From a virus (lineage: Duplodnaviria > Caudoviricetes): a stretch of 64,000 nt of DNA. Position numbers and translations under genes: made by a program. Location of the stretch: the IMG/VR virus record IMGVR_UViG_3300028048_000063, positions 1-64,000 of that record; one strand, given 5' to 3'. Under the pieces are notes generated by a model, which saw only the letters and a list, made by a program, of their open reading frames with translations, did not search any database and was not told where the DNA came from. Positions within the stretch are counted from its first letter, which is position 1; every line of letters begins with the position of its first letter. Below, in pieces: positions 46,627-56,600 of the stretch.

Positions 46627-47568
46627 TTAGAAATCAAGATCATCTGCTGTCACAGTTTGCTTTTGCACTGGTTTACTTACCGGAGCTGTTGCTGCAGCCT
46701 TTTCACCGTTTGCTGTCATTTTTACTTCTCTTGCAGCTAATCCGTTCTTTACGAAGTCTAATGTGACGCTTCCTTCTTCGCCTTGATGGATAGGTGTCTT
46801 TGATCCACCCATAATTCTTCTTTCTCTAACAAAAGTTGTTTCGAATTGAGGAGTTGATGCACCTCTACCAAAGAATTCAGAATTATCGGATCCAGCAACT
46901 TGTGTACGTTCTTGAAGACTGATTAAATCACCTTTGATATTAACAGTGTCATAAATATTGTAATTTTTGCCGATATAATTTGCAATATTGTTTTCTGAAA
47001 CTGCAATAAAGTCAATCTTGTCAACAGATCCGTCATATTTTGGAAGTAATCCTTCAATAACAATTCTTCCTGTCTTCTTGCCGTTTTCATCTTCTTCGTC
47101 AGTCATTTTGTTAATGAAAATGTCTACGTCAAATTCTGCACATGGTGTAAATGGTGCGTCTGCTTTTGAGAAACCTGCTCTGAATCCTTTTAGTGTAACT
47201 AAAGAACGAACTCTTTCACCTGTTCTCGTTGCATATTCATCAAAACGTGCCATTGCCCAGATCTTGCTTGCTGCGTTTGCTGCCATGTTAAAATCTGCTT
47301 CTGGATTTTCTTTTAAGAAAGAAGCTACTGTAATTGTGTTATCTGGTAACAATTTTAATAAAGAAGCATAATCTTTTGAATCTTCACCACTTGCGGTTTT
47401 TTCTGCTACGTAGAATTGTACCTTGTGACTGCTTAAAGCATCTGTTGCGATAATTACAGAACCTCTAATAACTTGATCTCCTCTAGAGTTTACGATTTGT
47501 TCAAGATTGTTCTCTTTTAAGTATCCAACGATTTTTACTGTGTTTGTTTTTGTTTTCTTGTCTGCCAT
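46627..47568 (-). CDS. ssb: single-stranded DNA-binding protein (tandem OB-fold type)
   Basis: NTVKIVGYL start, beta-rich body, acidic tail DDLDF, located in the replication module. Confidence 0.7.
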   Translation of the reverse strand: MADKKTKTNTVKIVGYLKENNLEQIVNSRGDQVIRGSVIIATDALSSHKVQFYVAEKTASGEDSKDYASLLKLLPDNTITVASFLKENPEADFNMAANAASKIWAMARFDEYATRTGERVRSLVTLKGFRAGFSKADAPFTPCAEFDVDIFINKMTDEEDENGKKTGRIVIEGLLPKYDGSVDKIDFIAVSENNIANYIGKNYNIYDTVNIKGDLISLQERTQVAGSDNSEFFGRGASTPQFETTFVRERRIMGGSKTPIHQGEEGSVTLDFVKNGLAAREVKMTANGEKAAATAPVSKPVQKQTVTADDLDF

Positions 47569-47629
47569 AGTTTGTTACTCCTTTGTGTATTAATATTGAT
47601 TATTTGTGAAAGATTTCTCTTTCGATTAT

Positions 47630-47658
47630 ATTATATTGTATATTATTTCAAAAGTCAA
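47630..47658 (-). promoter_or_regulatory. phage promoter family member opening the replication operon
   Basis: TTGACT-17 nt (ending ATACAA)-TATAAT. Confidence 0.75.
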
Positions 47659-47675
47659 CAACAACTTTTAAAAAC

Positions 47676-48047
47676 TTATTTAATAGTTAGAGTTACTTGA
47701 TCGTTTAATGCATATTTAATTGAAGATACAGTTGATCCGCTATAAATAAAATACATCCATCCTACTTGATAAGTACCAGGATCTGATGTTAAAAAAGCTA
47801 ATTTAACTCCAGATAAACTTGGTTCTTCAGGTACTGTAGTCTCAGCAACTCCGTTTGTTAATAGAACCCACGCCGACCCATTTGATCTATACATTTCATT
47901 TGTGTCAGATAAAATATAGATTTTATTTGGATCAACTTCTGCTGGTATTAATCCAGCCCAATCTGGTCTATCTATAACCTCTGTTCGTGAAGAGACTGCG
48001 ATGTCTATTGCTTCACCTGTATGACTTGATGTATAAATTCCTGCCAT
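47676..48047 (-). CDS. putative small tail-tip/fibre-associated protein
   Basis: YTSSHTGEAID start; last gene of the tail operon. Confidence 0.55.
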   Translation of the reverse strand: MAGIYTSSHTGEAIDIAVSSRTEVIDRPDWAGLIPAEVDPNKIYILSDTNEMYRSNGSAWVLLTNGVAETTVPEEPSLSGVKLAFLTSDPGTYQVGWMYFIYSGSTVSSIKYALNDQVTLTIK

Positions 48048-48061
48048 AATTTTCCTCCTTT

Positions 48062-49315
48062 TTAACTTACCACGAATGGTAGGTTATTTAAATTACTAAA
48101 ACTAATACTCATTTGATTAGAAAAATCTAAAGAACACGACACCGATTGTAATAAGAATCGTTCATACGTAAGATTAAAGAAATCATCTGAGATCGTTATA
48201 ACATTATTAACCTCTAAAAATGGGTTAAATACTACATTAGCAGAAGTTGTACTTTTTAAGATTAATACTTGTCTAAGCTCATATTCTGCACGTTCGTCTG
48301 CTAATACTTGCGAATATATGTTTGCGTCATTAATAATATTGCCAGTCCTGTATCCAATCCTCTTTCCACATAATGGAGAGGCCGGATCGTCATTTTTTTT
48401 ATCAGAAAGATAAGTGCCATTTGACTCAGAGCTACCAATAACTATAACACGATTAATAATTGAATTATAATCTAAGCTAAAGTCTAATTGAGATATATCA
48501 CCTTTGGAAGTCTCAAAACTGTAAATAAGTGGTTTATCTTGATCTGTTGTAACTTCATTAATTGGTATATATACTAAATTACCATTAGAATTATAAAATA
48601 CTTCTGCCGATAATTGTGTTGCAATTTCTAACAACAATGAAGCAAAATTTTCTCCAGCATTTTTTGAAATTTTAGCTTGTGTCTTCTTACCATTAAAGCT
48701 TGAATGATATATTAGGTCTTGTGGATCAAGAACAGATCCGTTTCCCATATCTGTTCTTAATATATCATGAATTAAGCTTTGTATATCGGTCCCTGTGGGA
48801 ATTTCATAGGTTGAAGATAAAGTACCTGTGCTGCCTTCAAATAAAGAAAATTTGTCAGCAGCAGAAATACTTACTGTTCTAGATGACTCGGTCATAGAAG
48901 GGGTTATGCTATTAATAACAAAAACCCCTTTTTTAAACCAATAAATTACGTCATCTGAAACACGTAGCCCCATATCAAAACGTAATCTTGTCCCTGCCCA
49001 GAAGGTATTGATATTCGGAGTATATTTTCCATCATAATTATACAGCGTAAAGCTCAGAGATCTTCTTTGACCATTTTGATAATTTTCGCTATAACTTCCC
49101 CCAATACCTATATCTTCTAGTGGGATTTCATAATTTATAGTTTCATCTGGATATAGTACAAAGATCCTAAAACATGATGTAGTAATATTATTTTTTATTC
49201 CCCATTTAATTGTTTCTACATCGGTATCAAGACTTACCATACCACCTTTCTTTTCTGTAGTGACCAATACTGTGTCGCCACTAGCAGAACTAATATATTG
49301 TGTAATTGCGTTCAT
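48062..49315 (-). CDS. putative baseplate hub/tail protein
   Basis: RRSLSFTL, GVFVI, DKFSL, FYNSNGNL, INRVIVIG, PFLEVNNVI pattern; lies downstream of the tape-measure gene. Confidence 0.65.
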   Translation of the reverse strand: MNAITQYISSASGDTVLVTTEKKGGMVSLDTDVETIKWGIKNNITTSCFRIFVLYPDETINYEIPLEDIGIGGSYSENYQNGQRRSLSFTLYNYDGKYTPNINTFWAGTRLRFDMGLRVSDDVIYWFKKGVFVINSITPSMTESSRTVSISAADKFSLFEGSTGTLSSTYEIPTGTDIQSLIHDILRTDMGNGSVLDPQDLIYHSSFNGKKTQAKISKNAGENFASLLLEIATQLSAEVFYNSNGNLVYIPINEVTTDQDKPLIYSFETSKGDISQLDFSLDYNSIINRVIVIGSSESNGTYLSDKKNDDPASPLCGKRIGYRTGNIINDANIYSQVLADERAEYELRQVLILKSTTSANVVFNPFLEVNNVITISDDFFNLTYERFLLQSVSCSLDFSNQMSISFSNLNNLPFVVS

Positions 49316-49341
49316 AAATCACTACTCCTTTATTATTTTTA

Positions 49342-52300
49342 TTATTTATGATATGGGGAAGACCACTCAGGTAACCCAATATTTGCTTTAATCTTGCTAT
49401 CATTATCTGTATAATCGCCGTAAATAATAATATTATCTACGGTATCAACTTGTCGCCATTCAAAACTGACGGTGTCTGGTGTCTTGTAAATGAAATTTTG
49501 TGGAGTTGTTGAATTACTAATTAATTGTACTATCCAAGAACGTCCTTTAATATCTCTTAATAATTTTGGATTTTTAGAATAACAGAAATCATACCACTGT
49601 TCAAGCATTTTGGCTTTTTCATTAGATGATAAAGGTATAATTCTACTCTTACCCAAACGTTCTGTATAAGCTACTTTGGAACTTAATATTAATTCGCTAC
49701 CTATAAGCGCTGAAACAGATCCAGATTCATAATTTTTATTACCAAAACCAAATTTAGAGAAACGACCTAGCGTAGCGAATTCTTCTTTACTTATGTTTTG
49801 TGTTTGAGAACCTGTTTCTAAATTATATTTAAATAGCCAAATGTTGTTATTATCAACTTTATACTGTTTCTTAATAATTGGTGCGTCTATATCTATTTCT
49901 TCAGGTATTAACTCAGCAATAGACCAACACTCCCAATGTTCATGTACTGGAGCTCCTGTACCAACAGAGGTATCTTCATTACCAGGCGCCAAATATCCAG
50001 CGTAGGTATTATCTTGTACTATTCTGAAATTATCTTTAGTACGCCAAATTTGACCTTCAAAATTTGCATATGTTTGTTCAGTCGTATCTAAACCATATTC
50101 TAGTGTTTTAGAAGTTGTAGGATAAATAATATATTGATATGAGCGATCATTAGCTATATTAAAATCTCTAAACCATTGTCTGTTATCAGATATCAACACA
50201 GGTTGCCACTGTCCTTTATATGTTCTAAAGGCTTCTGTAAGTGTGAATGTTCCATCAGTATATCCGCCAGTACTTACATCTCCAACTTGAGGAGGATTAA
50301 ATTGATAAGTATGTGTTGTATCTTTATCTATGTACACATAGGACTGATTTAATGGTACAGGTGTATCATAGTGATAAATTGGGCCACTTGTTTTATTCAT
50401 ATAACATAATCCATCTTCTGGATTGTAATAACACTCTATTTGGTGACCAGGGTTTTGATATACATCATATTCTCGTCTATAAATGCTATACAAATAAATA
50501 TTGTCTTCGTCTTCTTTCGTAAATTTAGATTCTTTATAATGTACAATATTTGAATGTGTTGAACAATCATATGTAACTGTAAATTCGCCACCTTCATGAA
50601 TAAAACTAGAGATCACACCAGGATTAATTTCAAGGATTAATTCATATGTAATTATATCTCCAAAATTGTTTTCTACCAATAATACTGCACGATAAATTAC
50701 ATCTTCAGCTAAATCATTAGATAACCCAAAGAAAACGACGCCCATATCTTTATCATAACGTTTACCTGTATCTTGTACAATATTACCATCTTCATCATAC
50801 AAAATCCATTGATAGCTTTCCCAAGCAGATTGTCCTAAACCATTATAAACACCCTGCAATTTAACTGATCTTCCTGTTACGATTGCTTGTGCTTTATAAT
50901 CTACTGTTAATAAATTTTTTGTACCACCCTCTTGATCATAGACTAAAAATTCTAATGAAGCAGGATCTGTATATTGTGGTCTTACATAGAAATAAAAACT
51001 ACCCCCGACAATACGCAAATCACTGTATGACTCATTATTTTTCTTTAGAGTAATATATGGAGTTTGATATGAATAAAATGGATTTTCGTCAGATGTTTTA
51101 AAGAAAGATCTAATATCATATGTCCAAGGTATTGTATCATCATCTTTTTTATACGAAGCTAATGTTAGTGGAGATGCTAATTCATTATGAGTAATATAGA
51201 AAATTTTATCGTTGAAGCTTTTTATAGTAATCCATCTAGTAGGATCCGTTGGATCACCTTCTGTAGTATATTGTACAGTTTTATTATTTAGTAAAGCTAG
51301 CTTCATATTGTTTTGTAAAGTTTTCCATGGTGATATAAAAGTTTTTGTGGATGTATTATATAACACAACAGCTGTATGTAAATCCCAACTTTCTACTATG
51401 GAATTGTCACTAACTTTTAATACATCTTCCTTGTATTGATCCCCATCTAAAATATAATAATATCCATTTTCTATAGAGGTAATATTTTTTAAAGTATAGG
51501 TATTGTTAGATACTGTGTCTACCGTACCATACTTTTTGTCTTGATATAATATTGTATCACCAACACGAATTGTTTTACCGTCTACTACTAAATTATCATG
51601 AGTATCACCTGAAGTACTATTATTATCATATAAATTAAAAGTTTTAGTTAATTTTTGTGGAAATAGTAATGCAGGTTTTTCTTGTGTGAAATATAATAAA
51701 CTTGTACCAGATGTAGTATTATTAATATCCCATAATGTGCCGCCAGCAGAAGCCAACGACTGCATATTCATATTACGGCTATCGTTTGTACCATTTTGAC
51801 AATAAATAACCTTACCTAAATAATTTGCCCATTGATTATAACCATTAACTCTTTTTAAACACCACTTAGTCTCAGGATCTGAAACTCCAGGCGTTTCTGA
51901 TTGTACGGTAATTGCGTTGATCTGATAGACACCATTTTCATATTTACGGTTTTGTTTTGCTAACAAAATTAAATCGCCATCATTAATTAAATTTACATAG
52001 CTTTGATTATTTATATTGGTGATATCTATAGTAATATAACGGTTTGTAACACTAACTGTTTTATCTGAGGCATCAATTGTCCAGGCTTTCCATTTTTGAT
52101 TTAACAATCTCTCTTCTTCTTGTGTACCAGTTGTCTCGATCGTATATCCAGTAAAATCTACGTTTTCATTAAAACAAAAATTAACAATATCTGTATCTAA
52201 AATTTCATTAGGATTAGAAGAATACTTAAAGAATTGACAATACTTGGCATTAGTTGGATTTATATCGGCCGTTGTTAATGTATCTTCACGTGGGTATACA

Positions 52301-53499
52301 TGTCCATATACAGAATCATATGTCTTAATATATGTACGTGTACCGCCAGACATTATAGCTATAGGAGCTGTACCAGATACTTCGATATATTTCCCTTGTA
52401 ATACTACAGGAGCATTGTCAATACCTTCTGGTAAATAGATTTCACCATTTGCATCATCATCACTGCTAGCTATTTGTATACGGTTTGGTGTAGTTCCCAT
52501 AATTTTACCTGAAGATAGCGTCATATCAAGCCACTCTGGGTTTACATCACTATATATAATAGATTTTGCATCAATATGCTCATCGTCAGATATGGAGTTA
52601 CCCTGATATAAAGTAATTTCCCACTTATAAGTACTATTGTTAGAATCTAATAATACTATATTATTATTAGAAATATCTTTCCATGTACCACCTGTCGAAC
52701 TTTTAATATATATAATATGATTAGATCCATCTTGTGTAATTTGATATGTATAATTATGTAGAGTTTTGCCTTTAGTTAATGTGATTTGCTTTTCCATTGT
52801 AGGTACATTAATCTTAACAAGTTTAGTGGTCATGTCTACTGTTGTGGAATTTAGATGACCAGTAACTTCATATAGACCAGAAATATCAACATTGGCATTA
52901 TTAATTTCTTTACTACCAAGTACGAGAACAACCTCTCCAATCAAAATGGATTCACTATCAAGCATAATATTATTAGCTTTAATGTCTTCTGCACTTGCAT
53001 CTGGCCAACTGTATGTCAATGTTTCTGTAGTGGTATCATAATCCCAATATTGTATGTCGTCCATCTTTGTATCAAGACCTGTTTCCGTTTCTGAAGCAAT
53101 CACATGATCTGCTAAATATTTTGGTTGATAATAAACTGCGTTGTAAGAACTTAACACTTTATTATCTGCACTTTGGAAAAATGGTATTCTTAAAGTTGTA
53201 CCATTTAATCCAGAGTTTATAGTTAATTTTTCTGAATCGTACCCCAACGATGAAATTTTTAGCTCATCAACTGGACTAATATATCCTTCTATAGCTTCGC
53301 CATTTTCATCAACAGGGAATACTTGTTTATTGTCACTAGATAAAATCCTAATTTTATATCCAGTAATTTCCGTATTTGAGCTATCTATTTGACAAGTTAG
53401 AAATTGAACTGGTTGTGACGTATAATCTTTATATTGTGCAGTTCTAATATCTATACTATTCAAAAATGGGTAGCATAATGTTGCTTTATATACTGCCAT
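49342..53499 (-). CDS. large tail/baseplate structural protein
   Basis: 1385 aa, beta-rich, ILLAKQNRKYENGVY motif, C-terminal Dit-like KNPKLLRDIKGRSWIV; directly after the tape-measure gene. Confidence 0.65.
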   Translation of the reverse strand: MAVYKATLCYPFLNSIDIRTAQYKDYTSQPVQFLTCQIDSSNTEITGYKIRILSSDNKQVFPVDENGEAIEGYISPVDELKISSLGYDSEKLTINSGLNGTTLRIPFFQSADNKVLSSYNAVYYQPKYLADHVIASETETGLDTKMDDIQYWDYDTTTETLTYSWPDASAEDIKANNIMLDSESILIGEVVLVLGSKEINNANVDISGLYEVTGHLNSTTVDMTTKLVKINVPTMEKQITLTKGKTLHNYTYQITQDGSNHIIYIKSSTGGTWKDISNNNIVLLDSNNSTYKWEITLYQGNSISDDEHIDAKSIIYSDVNPEWLDMTLSSGKIMGTTPNRIQIASSDDDANGEIYLPEGIDNAPVVLQGKYIEVSGTAPIAIMSGGTRTYIKTYDSVYGHVYPREDTLTTADINPTNAKYCQFFKYSSNPNEILDTDIVNFCFNENVDFTGYTIETTGTQEEERLLNQKWKAWTIDASDKTVSVTNRYITIDITNINNQSYVNLINDGDLILLAKQNRKYENGVYQINAITVQSETPGVSDPETKWCLKRVNGYNQWANYLGKVIYCQNGTNDSRNMNMQSLASAGGTLWDINNTTSGTSLLYFTQEKPALLFPQKLTKTFNLYDNNSTSGDTHDNLVVDGKTIRVGDTILYQDKKYGTVDTVSNNTYTLKNITSIENGYYYILDGDQYKEDVLKVSDNSIVESWDLHTAVVLYNTSTKTFISPWKTLQNNMKLALLNNKTVQYTTEGDPTDPTRWITIKSFNDKIFYITHNELASPLTLASYKKDDDTIPWTYDIRSFFKTSDENPFYSYQTPYITLKKNNESYSDLRIVGGSFYFYVRPQYTDPASLEFLVYDQEGGTKNLLTVDYKAQAIVTGRSVKLQGVYNGLGQSAWESYQWILYDEDGNIVQDTGKRYDKDMGVVFFGLSNDLAEDVIYRAVLLVENNFGDIITYELILEINPGVISSFIHEGGEFTVTYDCSTHSNIVHYKESKFTKEDEDNIYLYSIYRREYDVYQNPGHQIECYYNPEDGLCYMNKTSGPIYHYDTPVPLNQSYVYIDKDTTHTYQFNPPQVGDVSTGGYTDGTFTLTEAFRTYKGQWQPVLISDNRQWFRDFNIANDRSYQYIIYPTTSKTLEYGLDTTEQTYANFEGQIWRTKDNFRIVQDNTYAGYLAPGNEDTSVGTGAPVHEHWECWSIAELIPEEIDIDAPIIKKQYKVDNNNIWLFKYNLETGSQTQNISKEEFATLGRFSKFGFGNKNYESGSVSALIGSELILSSKVAYTERLGKSRIIPLSSNEKAKMLEQWYDFCYSKNPKLLRDIKGRSWIVQLISNSTTPQNFIYKTPDTVSFEWRQVDTVDNIIIYGDYTDNDSKIKANIGLPEWSSPYHK

Positions 53500-53530
53500 A
53501 TTTTTTCCTCCTTTTTATATTTTTTTTAAA

Positions 53531-53658
53531 TATTTAAGATGAAAAAATTGTAATATTAATATTCTCATCTTAAATAAAAATATTACAATATATTTACACT
53601 ACAATATTCTTATTTAAGATAAGAATATTTTATTACCAAAGGGCATGAAGCCCTTTGG
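53531..53658. repeat. cluster of perfect inverted repeats between the tape-measure/RNAP gene and the tail gene
   Basis: 12 bp (53531-42/53565-76), 11 bp (53547-57/53579-89), 11 bp (53603-13/53619-29), 9 bp GC-rich (53636-44/53650-58). Confidence 0.75.
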
Positions 53659-53674
53659 ATTTTTCGTTCATTAT

Positions 53675-56600
53675 TTATGATCTACGCATATTTTTTGTTA
53701 AATTTGCTCTAGTCTTAATTGAATCAACAAACGCCTCAGCATCGAAAGATCCGTCAGCAGTTACGTTCATTGTAAGTGAATTAATATTAAATGATTCATC
53801 TACAACATCAGCTTGACTTGAGCCAATATGATCTGGCATAATTGATGGTCCAATGAGACGTAAAATTGCAGGAGCAACTTCGCCAAGAGCCCACAAATTC
53901 TTAGTAATATCAGCAGGAACTATACCTGTACGAGATGGCAAAGCTGTTATGGTACCAGAAGGAGTAATAATCGCTTCTGTACCAAGCTCATTAATTAATG
54001 ATGTTTGAATTCCATTAATTCCTAATGTTCCATATTTGTGTTCTTTAGCTGTATCTGAATGAACTAATCCGCCAGAAACCCAGTCAGTACCAACATTTTT
54101 TGCAACCTTGAGAGCAGTGTAAGAACCATCAGAATTTACTAATACATATTCATGACCACCAAGCATACCCCCAATAATCAGTTGTTGACCAGATGTTAAA
54201 GATACGTCTTGAGATAATTGCTTAAATAATTTTTCTGGGGTTCTGAGGTTCTTATAATCTTTCCACATATTGCGTCCTTTATAACCAGCAACCTCTTTTA
54301 AGTTATAATGGTTGACTGTCCCGTCTGCATTTAAAACAAAGGCAATTGCATTTTCCTCTGTTTGGAACCCATTTCCACCAGACCAAGCATCAGCACCACC
54401 ACCATGATCTTGAAAAATATCTTGGACAATCCAATTTGCAATACTTGTTGCTTCATTTTGCTCTGAATCGTAAAGTGTACGAACCCAATCCCCTTTATCT
54501 CCTAAATTATAAACAGTTGCATCATATTTTTCTAATCCAGTAGTTTGCGTTTTAGCACTACCTGCATTAATTACAGAAGCTTTCTCTCCTGGCTGTTTTC
54601 CAAAAGTAGATGTTAATCCTTCTGTTTCACTGTAAGAAATGTTGCTATATTGATCTTTATTTCCTTGATATTGATTTATAGCCGCAGCTTGGATTTGATT
54701 CATTGTTCCACCTAAAGATTCTGCCTTTTTTGCTTGTTTTTGATATTTCAACAATGCATCAGCAGTGCCAGTGTTTTCATACTCTAAAAGTAATTTTGCA
54801 GCCTCGTCAACTGCTTTGTTAGCTTGTTCTTCTTGTGTACCGAATTTATCTTCGAGCATATCTGATAGCTTTTTTACAGAACCTTGTGTTGCAGCTGATG
54901 CGCTAGCAAGTCCTGTCATATTGTTTTGGAAGCCACCTTCACCAGATTTAAGTATATATTCTTCAAAAGCTTCGCTTTCTTTACGTTGTAACTCTAAAGT
55001 TTGCTCTGCGTACATATTATCCCACTGATCTTTAATTGTTTGTAAAATATTGGTTTGCTGTTCAAGCATTGAGATTTGCTTATTTTGTTGTACATTTTCT
55101 AGATCTTCTTGAGCTTTAGCGATAGCGCCTTGGTCGGCTTCATATACGAAACCAACACCCGCTCTATACACACGTTGTTTTTCATTAAGAGCATTGTCTA
55201 GTCGTAATTGTGCTTCTATTAATTGATTTTGATATTCTCTTTGTTTATTTATTTCTTGTAAAGCTGATTTTTGAGCTTCTAAGTTAGACAATTGTTTTTC
55301 TAATTCTTTACTCTGTGTCTCTGCATATCTTTGTAAAAATTCTTTGTAGGCATCAGAAACAATATTATACTCATCACCAACTTCTTTAATAATTTGTTTA
55401 AGCTCTGTGACTCCAGATACACTTTCATCATATCCTAAGACTCTGTCCCACAATTTTTGTAAATTTTCTGCACCAATTGTTTCTATTAAATCTTCAATAT
55501 CTTGTGCTTTCTTAGCATCTGTTTCTCTTATTTTATTAATGCCAGACTTAATAGTGGCGTACCCTACATCGTCCTTAGTCTTTAATTCTTCATAGAAAGC
55601 GCTGGAATTCATAAGTTCACTAAATTGAGAATTGAATCCAGCCTCAATTAAACCACCAATCTTTTTCATAATTTGTTCCATTAATCGAGGAGTATCTGAC
55701 ATGTATGCGATAAGCTCTGGATATTTAGATACCAATTCACTCATCCATTTAGTAGCAGACTTTGTACTATCTGCAATTTCAGACATTAAAGAACCGTATT
55801 CTTCAATAGAAGTTACGTCTTCTGTTGTTGATTGTAAAATTTCAGATAATTTTAGCATTCCTTGAGAACTTTCCATGCTCGCAAGTTCGTCAACAGACAC
55901 ACCTAACGCATTTGCAAAGTTTTGTAAACGACGTTGTACATATTCGTCTGCTGCGTCTTGACGTAATGTTTCAGACAACGTATATGCTTTACCAGAAAGG
56001 ACTTTTTCAAAACCTTCGTCTGCTGCAGAAAGCTCAGACTCAATCATCTGTTTAGCATATTCTGTAACATCCCCGGCTGGATTATCTTTATCTGTAAACG
56101 TATAATATCCTTGTAAAGCACCACTTTCTAATAATTGATCAGCGACTAATTTAATAATAGTAGAGGCTCCAATATTCTTTTTTTGTTCATCAGATAATTC
56201 ATCTATAAAAGATCCAACTCCCGCTAAACGTTCTTCTTCTGTAGCTAATCTCCATTGATTTGTTTGTGAGTCTTTAATAAATTGAGCTTGTGCTATTGCT
56301 TCTCTTGTTCTTTCTTTATTAGTAGTTTTAATATTTTGTAATATCATAGAAGTTGTATCAGATATTACTGAAAGCATTTCATCAACGCTAGTTAGACGAG
56401 CCTCTGCCCCTTCTACTTTATTATCAATATCTTGTAATATTTGATTACGTTCGTTTCTAAGATCTTCTTCTTTTTCAAAAACATTTTTAGCATTCCATTC
56501 TTGGAATTCCTCTTCTTGTTTTTTAGCAATAGCTGCTTCTGTCTCTTTAGTTCCGATAGCTGCGCTACCAACAGTACTTAAGACAGCACCGCCAGCTAAA

